From Candidatus Limnocylindrales bacterium (GTDB taxonomy: Bacteria > Chloroflexota > Limnocylindria > Limnocylindrales > CSP1-4): a stretch of 36,485 nt of DNA. Made by a program: the position numbers and the translations under genes. The notes under the pieces were generated by a model that searched no databases, was not told the origin of the DNA, and worked only from the letters and a program-made list of their open reading frames with translations. Numbering within the stretch: the first letter of the stretch is position 1; each line of letters opens with the position of its first letter. The stretch spans positions 1 to 36,485 of the forward strand of contig DASXSA010000135.1 of the NCBI GenBank assembly GCA_036506235.1. Direction: 5' to 3'. Below, piece after piece: positions 8,020-15,806 of the stretch.

Positions 8020-8754
8020 TCAGGCCTCCGGCCGGTTGGTCAGGACGGCGATGACGGCGTCTGTCGCGCCATCCGCGCCCGGCCCGCGGGCCACCACGCG
8101 CACGCCGTCGCCAACTGCCGCGCCCAGGCTGAGCAGTGCGGTCATGCTCCGCGCATTGGCACGGCGGCCGTTCGCCTCGATGACGATCTCGGCGTCGAAG
8201 CCCCTGATCCGGTCGACGAGCGTCGCGGCCGGCCGTGCGTGCAGCCCGGCCGGATTGGTGATCGTGACGGTCGCCACGATCTCATCGTTTTTTGGCGGAT
8301 GGCCGTTGCCTGGGGGCGCAACGCCATCCGCCGTCAGCGTTCGGTGGATCTCGGCGGCATCGGGAGTTGTCGCCAGGCGACGGCAGAGCTCCTCGTCGCC
8401 GAGGATGTTGGCGAGTCGCGACAGGACCTCGATGTGCTCTTCGGACGTCGCGGCGAGTCCGATCACGAGATATGCGGGCTCCTCTCCCCAGGGCACCCCT
8501 TCCGGGAACTGGGCGACTGCCAGGCCCGTGCGCAGGACGGCGCTCCGCGCCTCGTTCGTGCCGTGGGGCAGCGCGATCCCGTTTCCTAGGTACGTCGAGA
8601 CGATCCGCTCACGCTCGCGCATTTCAGTCACATAGTCGGGCGTGACGCATCCCTCGGCGACGAGTATCGATCCGACGAGATCGATGGCTGCCGTCTGGTC
8701 CGGAGCCCTGGCGCCGACGACGACGGCCGAGGCCGACAGGACCTCGGTCGCCAT
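8020..8754 (-). CDS. PTS EIIA (mannitol/fructose family) fused to an HPr domain
   Basis: The N-terminal half has the EIIA-Mtl phospho-His motif GIALPHGT. The C-terminal half is HPr-like, with the His15 motif ITNPAGLHARPAATLV and the Ser46 region ANARSMTALLSLG. Confidence 0.85.
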   Translation of the reverse strand: MATEVLSASAVVVGARAPDQTAAIDLVGSILVAEGCVTPDYVTEMRERERIVSTYLGNGIALPHGTNEARSAVLRTGLAVAQFPEGVPWGEEPAYLVIGLAATSEEHIEVLSRLANILGDEELCRRLATTPDAAEIHRTLTADGVAPPGNGHPPKNDEIVATVTITNPAGLHARPAATLVDRIRGFDAEIVIEANGRRANARSMTALLSLGAAVGDGVRVVARGPGADGATDAVIAVLTNRPEA

Positions 8755-9080
8755 CAGGATGCCAGCGGTTCGGCGACGTCCTCGCCGGCTGCGAGGCTCC
8801 GAAGCAGATACTCCGACGCGCTGTTGTTCAGGAAGTTCTTGAAGGAGAGGACCACCGCGTTGGGGGCGGCCTTGCGGGCTCGTTCGGACAGTCCCTGATG
8901 CGAGACGACCACGTCCGTATTGGGCGGGATCTCGTTCACCGGTGAGTGGATCACGCGGACATCAAGGCCGAGATCCTTGATCCGCTTCTTGAGCTGGTTC
9001 GCCCCGATGAGGCTCGAGCCCATCCCCGCCTCACAGACGAACACGACGAGCTTCACGTCGGCAGCGCGCTTCACGACCAT
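8754..9080 (-). CDS. PTS EIIB component (mannitol type)
   Basis: KLVVFVCEAGMGSSLIGANQLKKRI matches MtlA EIIB (IVACDAGMGSS, phospho-Cys). Start taken at ATG 9080, with GGAG 6 nt upstream. The track start (GTG 9104) lies inside a strong hairpin. Confidence 0.8.
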   Translation of the reverse strand: MVVKRAADVKLVVFVCEAGMGSSLIGANQLKKRIKDLGLDVRVIHSPVNEIPPNTDVVVSHQGLSERARKAAPNAVVLSFKNFLNNSASEYLLRSLAAGEDVAEPLAS

Positions 9081-9099
9081 GCTGAACTCCAGGGAGGTT

Positions 9100-9134
9100 G
9101 CCACCGGCCGGCAAGAGGGCCGCCGGCCGGTGGC
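9100..9134 (-). promoter_or_regulatory. Perfect 13-bp GC-rich stem-loop between EIIC and EIIB
   Basis: GCCACCGGCCGGC (9100-9112), a 9-nt loop, then GCCGGCCGGTGGC (9122-9134). It sits in the 70-nt EIIC-EIIB spacer, just upstream of the EIIB ribosome-binding site. Confidence 0.6.
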
Positions 9135-9150
9135 CGAGGGACTCGAAGGC

Positions 9151-10254
9151 TCAGGCCGGCTGCGGCGTCGGCGTCACGACCGGGGAAGGAGCCTGGGCCT
9201 GTTCGCCCTCCTCCTCCTTGACCGGCACGAGCCGCAGGATGACCGATCCGACGGCGAACGCGACGATCGCTCCGACCGCCACGCCGCTCAGCACCGGAAT
9301 GTGCTGGCCGGGTGGGGTGACGGCGAGATAGGCAAAGATGCTGCCCGGCGAGGGGGTCGCGACCAGGCCGGCGTTCGTGGTCACGAAGACGATGTCGGCC
9401 GAGATGCCACCCGCCCACATGGCCAGGATCATGATGGGGTGGGACAGGACGTACGGGAAGTAGATCTCGTGGATCCCACCCAAGAAGTGGATCACGATCG
9501 CGCCCGGCGCCGACAGCTTCGCAAGTCCCTTGCCGAAGACCGCGAACGAGAGCAGCAGCCCCAGGCCAGGGCCCGGATTGGTCTCCAGCAGGAACTCGAT
9601 CGCGCGGCCGTTCTTCGCCGCGTCCGCGACACCCAGCGGCGCAAGGACGCCGTGGTTGATGGCGTTGTTCAGGAAGAGCACCTTCCCGACCTCGATCGGG
9701 ATGTCGGCCAGTGGCAGAAGGCCCGCGCTGATCAGGCCGTGAACGAAGTCCCCCAGGGCATTCGAGAACGACGTCAGGAGCGGCCCGATGGCGAGCACGC
9801 CGCCGATGGCAAGCAGCGCGCCGAGGATGCCGGCCGAGAAGTTGTTCATCAACATCTCGAAGCCCATCGGGACGCGCTCGGCAAACGCCTCGTCGAACTT
9901 CTTGATGAGGAACCCGCCGAGGGGGCCGACGATCATCGCGCCGAGGAACATCGGCACGGACGAGCCCACGATGATTCCGGCGGTCACCACTGCCCCGACA
10001 ACGCCACCACGATGCCCGTAGACGAGCTTGCCTCCCGTGTAGCCGAGCAACAACGGAAGCAGGTAGGTGATCATCGGGCCGACCAGCTTGGCCAGCGTCT
10101 CGTTCGGGGTCCAGCCGGTCGGGATCACGAACGCGGTGATCAATCCCCACGCGATGAAGGCCGCGATGTTGGGGATGACGATGGCGGCAAGGTTGCCGCC
10201 CAGCCGTTGGATCCGCTCCTGCACGAGCCTTACCCTCCACTCCGGGTTGTACAT
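9151..10254 (-). CDS. mtlA: PTS EIIC component, mannitol-type permease
   Basis: Long blocks are near-identical to E. coli MtlA as I remember it: [73 protein letters not shown] and [22 protein letters not shown] lies directly upstream of the ATG. Confidence 0.9.
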   Translation of the reverse strand: MYNPEWRVRLVQERIQRLGGNLAAIVIPNIAAFIAWGLITAFVIPTGWTPNETLAKLVGPMITYLLPLLLGYTGGKLVYGHRGGVVGAVVTAGIIVGSSVPMFLGAMIVGPLGGFLIKKFDEAFAERVPMGFEMLMNNFSAGILGALLAIGGVLAIGPLLTSFSNALGDFVHGLISAGLLPLADIPIEVGKVLFLNNAINHGVLAPLGVADAAKNGRAIEFLLETNPGPGLGLLLSFAVFGKGLAKLSAPGAIVIHFLGGIHEIYFPYVLSHPIMILAMWAGGISADIVFVTTNAGLVATPSPGSIFAYLAVTPPGQHIPVLSGVAVGAIVAFAVGSVILRLVPVKEEEGEQAQAPSPVVTPTPQPA

Positions 10255-10271
10255 CCTCTCCGGGTTGTACA
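10240..10271 (-). repeat. In-frame 18-nt tandem duplication spanning the EIIC start codon and ribosome-binding site
   Basis: The coding strand reads CTGTACAACCCGGAGAGG then ATGTACAACCCGGAGTGG, 16 of 18 identical. The 14-nt core TGTACAACCCGGAG is exact at 10258-10271 and 10240-10253. Confidence 0.7.
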
Positions 10272-10355
10272 GGGCGGCATGATCCGCGCGGCATCCGCGT
10301 CACAACAAGTCCCCAATGTGGCCGCACCGACTTATGACAATTTCGAACCGTCGAG

Positions 10356-11882
10356 TCAGTGTGTCGGTTCTCCCAGCAACCGGCTGAGGCGCCGGATATC
10401 GCGCTCGCGGAGGAGCGGGCTGACCACGACGGCGGGGACCCCGTCGGCGTCCTCCTCGATCGGGACCGTGCTCACCACGACGTCGGTCGCGATGCCGTCG
10501 GGCCCGCGCTCGAAGGCGGTCTTCGAGACCACTCTCGTTACATCGACCTGCGGAAAGACCGCCAGCAGTCGCGAAACGAGGATCCACGCCGTCGCCATCC
10601 CGGCCGGGCAGACGACGGTGACGCGGATCTTCGGCCGAAGGCGGTTCCGTTCGAGGGAGCCCGCGAGGTACATCGTCAGGAAGCCGATCTCATCGGCCGG
10701 GACGCCGGTATCGCCAAGCGGCGCGACCTCGGCGGCGATCCGGGCTGCGGCCTCATACACGTCGGGGTATCGCTCGCGGACTTCGTGTGCAAGCGGATTG
10801 CTGACGGGCAGGCCGTAGCGCAACCGGACCCGCAGCCTGCGCAGGTGCTCCGCCAGGCTACGGCGGAGCTGGTCGTCATCGGCCAGCGAGGGGTGAAGGT
10901 GCCGTGCGGCCGCCGCGACGAAGCGGTCGATCGGCTCCATCTCATCGTCTTCGGTCCCGGCCGGCCTCTCCCCTACCTCCACGAAGCCCAGGAGGAATTC
11001 GGTGATCGCCGCGACGTCCGAGTCGCCCACCACGCCGCCGCCGGTTCGCTCCATCGCGGCGGCGATGCGGCCGGCGACGTCGGCAACGGGGTGGTCGATG
11101 AGCGATCGAAGCTGGCCGCTCTGGAACTCGGCGGTCCGGCCGGCCTGGATCCGTCTCGCCACGATCGCCAGGTACAGCGTCGCGAGGATCGTGCCCGCCT
11201 CGTTCTCGTCCATCTCGCGGAGCTGGTCGAGCAGGATCGCGCGATGCGCCCCGAGGTCGAGCTGGGCAGTGAAGCTCGCCACCCCGAGAGAGCGGTCCTC
11301 GACCGGTGCGGCCCCCCGCTCGCCACTCGCCTGGCTCAGCAGCACTTCAGGCGGCACCGCCTCGAGCACGAGCGCGAGCAGGCCCTTGCGGACGTCGCTT
11401 TCGGGGCCGCGGACCACGAGACCGACGCCCGGCACGTGCTGCAGATGGAGGTGATGGTTCTCGAGCCAGGCCTCGGCCGCCCGGACGTCGCGCCGCACGG
11501 TCGCTCGCGAGGCTCCCAGCTCCGTCTCGAGGTCGGCCAGGTGGACCGGCTCGGGGGCCCGGTCGAGCAGAACGGCGAGGGCCCGAAGCTTGCGGTCGGC
11601 GGTGCTCAGGACCTGCGGCCCCGCCTCATCGTCGAGGTCCGACAGGAGCTTCGCTCGCCGGTCCTCCTCGCCCTGGATCCAGATGCCAACTCCGCGCCGA
11701 CGGCCAAGGCGCAGTCCGGCGCTACGCAGGTAGGTTTCGATCGACGGGAGGTTGTAGCGCACTACCCGGGTTGTAAGCCGGAGCGCGGTGGCGATCTCCT
11801 CGACGCTCTCGGGTCCGGCCTCGGACAGCAGATGGCGAGCGATCCGCGCCTGGCGGCTGTCGAGTGGCAGCGGCGCGCTCAT
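10356..11882 (-). CDS. mtlR: MtlR/BglG-family PRD-domain transcriptional activator (HTH-PRD-PRD-EIIB-like; no terminal EIIA-like domain)
   Basis: The N-terminal HTH (RQARIARHLLSEAGPESVEEIATALRLTTRVVRYNL) is followed by a second HTH (LGASRATVRRDVRAAEAWL) and PRD-like regions. The EIIB(Gat)-like motif KIRVTVVCPAGMATAW is present. Start chosen at ATG 11882; the upstream part of the 654-aa track ORF is Arg/Ser-rich and looks non-coding. Confidence 0.8.
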   Translation of the reverse strand: MSAPLPLDSRQARIARHLLSEAGPESVEEIATALRLTTRVVRYNLPSIETYLRSAGLRLGRRRGVGIWIQGEEDRRAKLLSDLDDEAGPQVLSTADRKLRALAVLLDRAPEPVHLADLETELGASRATVRRDVRAAEAWLENHHLHLQHVPGVGLVVRGPESDVRKGLLALVLEAVPPEVLLSQASGERGAAPVEDRSLGVASFTAQLDLGAHRAILLDQLREMDENEAGTILATLYLAIVARRIQAGRTAEFQSGQLRSLIDHPVADVAGRIAAAMERTGGGVVGDSDVAAITEFLLGFVEVGERPAGTEDDEMEPIDRFVAAAARHLHPSLADDDQLRRSLAEHLRRLRVRLRYGLPVSNPLAHEVRERYPDVYEAAARIAAEVAPLGDTGVPADEIGFLTMYLAGSLERNRLRPKIRVTVVCPAGMATAWILVSRLLAVFPQVDVTRVVSKTAFERGPDGIATDVVVSTVPIEEDADGVPAVVVSPLLRERDIRRLSRLLGEPTH

Positions 11883-12201
11883 CGTGGACCTCGATTGTCC
11901 AGTTGGTGCTGCACGGCATGAGTATGGCCTTCGCTTTCCCTTCCGCCGTGGGCGCCAGATGCCCTCGTTCCTCGACATCGCCCAGACTGGTACTCCCGCG
12001 CCTGCCAGGACGATTGCGAGCGCAGCAGGCGGAGATCGCGTACGCAATCTCGCCGCCGAACTTCCGACGAGGCAGCCCCGCGCGACCAACGCCCGCACGC
12101 GACCAACCCGCGCCCGTATCGAGCTGACTGGTGACCCACACCTGAGCTCGCCGATGGGCCCCGGCTCGACCCTGCTCCAGCCCGTGGCGTAGCCTCCGGA
12201 C

Positions 12202-13650
12202 GTGACGTCGCGCCGGGAGTTCGACCTCAACATCGAGCGCGTCCTGGAGAACTGGACGGTCGCGCATGCGATCCGCGAGGTGATCGCGAACGCGCTCGAC
12301 GAGGCGGCCCTGACAGGCACCGGGGATCCCGAAATCGCGAAGGACGCCGCGGGTCGCTGGCACGTTCGCGACTTCGGACGCGGGCTCCGCTACGAGCACC
12401 TCACCCAGAAGGAGAACCGGGAGAAGCTGGCCAACCCGGAGAAGGTCGTCGGCAAGTTCGGCGTCGGGCTGAAGGACGCCCTGGCGACGTTCGACCGCCG
12501 GGGGGTCGGTGTCCGCATCCGATCGCGGTTCGGCGACATCACCACAGAGAAGCAGGCCAAGCACGGCTTCACCGACATCACCACACTGCACGCGGTCATC
12601 GACGAGCCGTCTGATCCGGGCATGACGGGCACCGACGTCGAGCTCACCGGTGCGACAGACGAGGACGTGGAAGCGGCCAAGTCCCTGTTCCGCCACTACG
12701 CCGGCGACGAGGTCCTCGAGGAGACCCCGTACGGCGTCGTCCTCGCCCGGCCGAGATGGGCGGCCCGCATCTACGTCAACGGCCTGCGCGTCGCCGAGGA
12801 GCGCAACTACCTCTTCAGCTACGACATCACCTCACCCACGAAGGCTCTGCGGGCCGCGCTCAACCGCGAGCGATCGAACGTCGGCCGGACCGCCTACACG
12901 GACCGGGTCAAGGCGATCGTGCTGGCTGCGACCTCGGAGCGGGTGGCCAGCGCTCTGGCCGAGGATCTCTCGAAGTTCGAGACCGGGCGCTGGCACGACG
13001 AGGTGCAGCTGGTCGACGTCGGAGTGCATGCCTGCCAGGTCCTCAACGCGAGTGGCAAGGTCATCTTCCTCACGCCCCAGGAGCTCAACGCCGCGCGCGA
13101 CTTCGTGGACCGGGCGCGCAACGACGGATATCGGGTTGTGGTCGTACCGCAGAACATCCGGCGCAAGCTCGCCGGGGCGGTCGACATCACCGGTGCGCCG
13201 ATCGTCGACCTCGATCGCTTCAAGGCGCAGTGGAACGAGAGCTTCCAGTTCTCGTTCGTCGACCCGGCCGACCTGTCGCCCGGGGAACGCGCGATCTTCG
13301 ACCGGACGGACGAGATCCTGGCCCTGCGCGGCGGCGGACGGCCGTCCAGGCTCCGGGAGATCCTCGTCTCGACGACGATGCGCCTCGGCGCGAGCGGTTA
13401 TGCAGAGGCTGCCGGCGTGTGGGAACCCAGGGAAGGCCGAATCGTCATCAAGCGCGAGCAGTTGGCTTCGCTCGAGGCGTACGCGGGTACGCTCCTCCAC
13501 GAGGTCGCCCACGCTGTCAGCGGGACGCCGGACGTCAGCGCGGGGTTCGAGGACGCCCTGACCTCCGAGGTCGGGGCGGTCGCGACGACCGCCGTGGGCC
13601 GGGACGGTCAGCCCAAACCAGCGCCGGGGTCGGCGGCGAAGCCGAGGTAG
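12202..13650 (+). CDS. GHKL (Bergerat-fold, HATPase_c_3/MORC-like) ATPase with C-terminal HExxH metallopeptidase-like motif
   Basis: The N box is E26VIAN30ALD33, the G1 box D57FGRG and the G2 box G84KFGVG. The C-terminus has TLLH433EVAH437AVSG (nt 13498-13512) with FEDAL downstream. GTG start. Confidence 0.8.
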   Translation: MTSRREFDLNIERVLENWTVAHAIREVIANALDEAALTGTGDPEIAKDAAGRWHVRDFGRGLRYEHLTQKENREKLANPEKVVGKFGVGLKDALATFDRRGVGVRIRSRFGDITTEKQAKHGFTDITTLHAVIDEPSDPGMTGTDVELTGATDEDVEAAKSLFRHYAGDEVLEETPYGVVLARPRWAARIYVNGLRVAEERNYLFSYDITSPTKALRAALNRERSNVGRTAYTDRVKAIVLAATSERVASALAEDLSKFETGRWHDEVQLVDVGVHACQVLNASGKVIFLTPQELNAARDFVDRARNDGYRVVVVPQNIRRKLAGAVDITGAPIVDLDRFKAQWNESFQFSFVDPADLSPGERAIFDRTDEILALRGGGRPSRLREILVSTTMRLGASGYAEAAGVWEPREGRIVIKREQLASLEAYAGTLLHEVAHAVSGTPDVSAGFEDALTSEVGAVATTAVGRDGQPKPAPGSAAKPR

Positions 13651-13843
13651 ACCGCGCCCGACGCGAACCTGCGGGACGCGATCCGCCGGAGGCCGATCGG
13701 CCGCTCGAGCGACGGGAAGAACGGGACCTCGTCGTCCTGGCGAATGGGTGATACCTTCGACCGACGCTCCCCGCGCCCGGGGCGTCAGGGAACGGTAGCC
13801 CGCACGGCCCACGTCCGCCACCGAGTCGCCAGCGAGGACGGCA

Positions 13844-15241
13844 ATGGTTGGAGAGCTCGCGCCCGCGCTCAACGGCTCCGCGCTCGCATCGTTCCGTGAT
13901 GCGTTCCGGGGACCGATCGTCCTGCCTGCCGACGATGGGTACGACGATGCCCGGCGCGTGTGGAACGGGATGATCGACCGGCGGCCGGCGCTCATCGCCC
14001 GCGCGATCGATGTGGCGGACATCGCGTCCGCGGTGCGGTTCGGCCGGGAGAAGGACTTGCCGATCGCGGTGCGAAGTGGCGGACACAGCCTGCCGGGGCT
14101 CTCGACCTGTGACGATGGCATCGTCATCGACGTCTCGCGTCTGACCGGCGCCAGCGTGGATCCTGACCGACGCACGGCGCGGGTGAACGGCGGGGCGCTG
14201 CTCGGCGAGCTGGACGACGCGGCACAGGCCTACGGGCTTGCCTGCCCGGTGGGGGTCGTCAGCCACACGGGCGTCGCGGGACTGACATTGGGCGGTGGCG
14301 TTGGCCGGCTGCAGCGGAAGCTCGGTCTGACCATCGACAACCTGCGTGCGGTCGAGCTCGTGACGGCTGATGGCCGCCAGGTTCGAGCCAGCGCGGAGGA
14401 CAACGCCGATCTGTTCTGGGGCCTTCGCGGTGCGGGCTGGAACTTCGGGATCGCGACCGGATTCGAATTCGACTTGCATCCCGTCGGCCCGAACCTGACG
14501 CGGGTGCTCCTGATCCATCCGTTCTCCGCCGCGCCCGAGCTGTTCGCGTTCTTCCGCGACTTCGCAGCCACCGCGCCGTGGGAGATTTCCGGCCTCGTCA
14601 CGACCTTTCACGCGCTCCCGGCCGAAGACTTTCCGCCGGAGGTCGCGGGCCAGCTGGTGGCCGCGATCTCGGTTACCTACTGCGGCCGGCCGGAGGACGC
14701 GGACCGAGACCTCGCCCCGCTGACTGCCTTCGGCAAGCCCGTGGTCGCTACGGTCCAGCCGCAGCCCTACCTCGAAGTCCAGCGCATCTTCGACGACGAA
14801 ATGGCGTGGGGCCACCGGGTGTATGCCAAAAGCGTGTACGTCGACTCGGCACCGGACAGATTGATCGGGGCCCTCGTGGACGTGGCGTCCGCCATGCCGA
14901 CCGGCGGCAGCGCGTTCATCGGCGCACTCGGCGGTGCGATCGCGAGCGTGCCCGAGGACGCGACGGCTTACGCAGGACGAAGCGCGGCGTTCGAGGTCGG
15001 CGTCGACTGCACGTGGGACGATCCAGCGCTCGACGCGGACTTCGTCACCTGGGCCCGCACGGCGATGAAAGGCATCGAGCCGTATCGCACGACGGGCGTT
15101 TATGCCAACTCGCTGGGCGACGCCGGTGAGGACATCGCCCGGGCGATCTACGGCGACGCGAAGTACGAACGCCTTCGCGCCCTCAAGCGAACGTGGGACC
15201 CGGACAACGTCTTCCGGCTGAACCAGAACATTCGCCCCTAG
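13844..15241 (+). CDS. FAD-binding oxidoreductase (FAD_binding_4/PCMH type with BBE-like C-terminus)
   Basis: The motifs VRSGGHS, FWGLRGAG.NFGI and the C-terminal YERLRALKRTWDPDNVFRLNQNI are typical of BBE/VAO-family oxidases. Confidence 0.9.
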   Translation: MVGELAPALNGSALASFRDAFRGPIVLPADDGYDDARRVWNGMIDRRPALIARAIDVADIASAVRFGREKDLPIAVRSGGHSLPGLSTCDDGIVIDVSRLTGASVDPDRRTARVNGGALLGELDDAAQAYGLACPVGVVSHTGVAGLTLGGGVGRLQRKLGLTIDNLRAVELVTADGRQVRASAEDNADLFWGLRGAGWNFGIATGFEFDLHPVGPNLTRVLLIHPFSAAPELFAFFRDFAATAPWEISGLVTTFHALPAEDFPPEVAGQLVAAISVTYCGRPEDADRDLAPLTAFGKPVVATVQPQPYLEVQRIFDDEMAWGHRVYAKSVYVDSAPDRLIGALVDVASAMPTGGSAFIGALGGAIASVPEDATAYAGRSAAFEVGVDCTWDDPALDADFVTWARTAMKGIEPYRTTGVYANSLGDAGEDIARAIYGDAKYERLRALKRTWDPDNVFRLNQNIRP

Positions 15242-15337
15242 CGCTCGAGGTCTTGAAAGACCTTTGGCATGCATCTGCGATGCTTCCGTGATCGTCGTGC
15301 GCCGTCGGGGGACGAAGACTGGGCCAAGAGGCCGATC

Positions 15338-15685
15338 GTGCACCCCACTCCGACCCTGGTTGTGAACCCGGCCGATGACCCGCTCTTTGCCCAGTACGCC
15401 CGGATCCTCGTCGATCATGGCGTTTCGTCGATGGAAGAGCTGGAGCGTCGCCTTCACGGCCTGTACCCGACGGCAGCGGTGCACGCACGCGAGCTCACCG
15501 GCGAGGCGAATCTGATCTGGTATCTCTACCGGGACGGACGTTGGGTGCCTCCCGAGAGTGGAGCGCAGGGTATGGGAGACCATCGGCATGACCGACCCCC
15601 GAGACGATCTTCGAGCGACCGAGCAGTCCATTGGCACCGATGCCGAACGGCTGCAATCGCTCGAAGACGAAAAGGCCCGCCTTGA
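15338..15685 (+). CDS. Hypothetical small protein (3-prime third looks non-coding)
   Basis: A GTG start has AAGAGG 6 nt upstream. VHPTPTLVVNPADDPLFAQYARILVDHGVSSMEELERRLHGLYPTAAVHARELTGEANLIWYLYRDGRWVPPE looks protein-like. The frame then turns Arg-rich and overlaps the next ORF. Confidence 0.3.
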   Translation: MHPTPTLVVNPADDPLFAQYARILVDHGVSSMEELERRLHGLYPTAAVHARELTGEANLIWYLYRDGRWVPPESGAQGMGDHRHDRPPRRSSSDRAVHWHRCRTAAIARRRKGPP

Positions 15686-15806
15686 TCCCGCGGATCCTGA
15701 GGTCGCGCGCCTGTCGGAGCAGGCCGAACGGCTGACCGCCGAGTTGAAGGAGAAGGGCACCGCCGAGCGGGAGCTCAGTGAGGAGGTCAGCGGCTCGAGT
15801 CACTGA
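15588..15806 (+). CDS. Hypothetical small coiled-coil-like acidic protein
   Basis: MTDPRDDLRATEQSIGTDAERLQSLEDEKARLDPADPEVARLSEQAERLTAELKEKGTAERELSEEV. An alternative GTG start is at 15558. No family recognised. Confidence 0.35.
   Translation: MTDPRDDLRATEQSIGTDAERLQSLEDEKARLDPADPEVARLSEQAERLTAELKEKGTAERELSEEVSGSSH

Noticed and set aside
9081-9104. GTG 9104 as the EIIB start
   Set aside because: The codon lies inside the 13-bp perfect hairpin and has no ribosome-binding site. ATG 9080 has GGAG 6 nt upstream, and homology to MtlA EIIB begins after it.
8920-10818. 632-aa plus-strand ORF
   Set aside because: It lies antisense to the EIIB, EIIC and regulator genes, which have unmistakable PTS motifs. 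Its composition is Arg/Asp/Gly-rich.
10359-11921. 520-aa plus-strand ORF
   Set aside because: It lies antisense to the MtlR-like regulator and has no motifs. It is a high-GC shadow ORF. The same reasoning applies to 4139-5260, 4273-5556, 5094-6131, 6659-7750 and 12832-14175.
12081-12107. 10-nt direct repeat CGCGACCAAC with 17-nt period in the mtlR/GHKL intergenic region
   Set aside because: It is short and GC-rich, so it could easily arise by chance. There is no supporting symmetry or promoter context.
11883-12320. Upstream extension of the regulator ORF (track start at 12320)
   Set aside because: The extra 146 codons are Arg/Ser-rich, overlap the divergent GHKL gene start, and precede the recognisable N-terminal HTH.
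13608-13787. Minus-strand coding-like frame (IRQDDEVPFFPSLERPIGLRRIASRRFASGAVYLGFAADPGAGLG)
   Set aside because: There is no ATG, GTG or TTG between the bounding stops. Its 3-prime part is antisense to the GHKL gene end. I cannot distinguish it from a GC-driven open frame.
13535-15760. 741-aa minus-strand ORF, the longest in this area
   Set aside because: It lies antisense to the well-supported FAD/BBE oxidase gene. The product is Arg/Pro/Gly/Ser-rich with no motifs, a typical open antisense frame in high-GC DNA.
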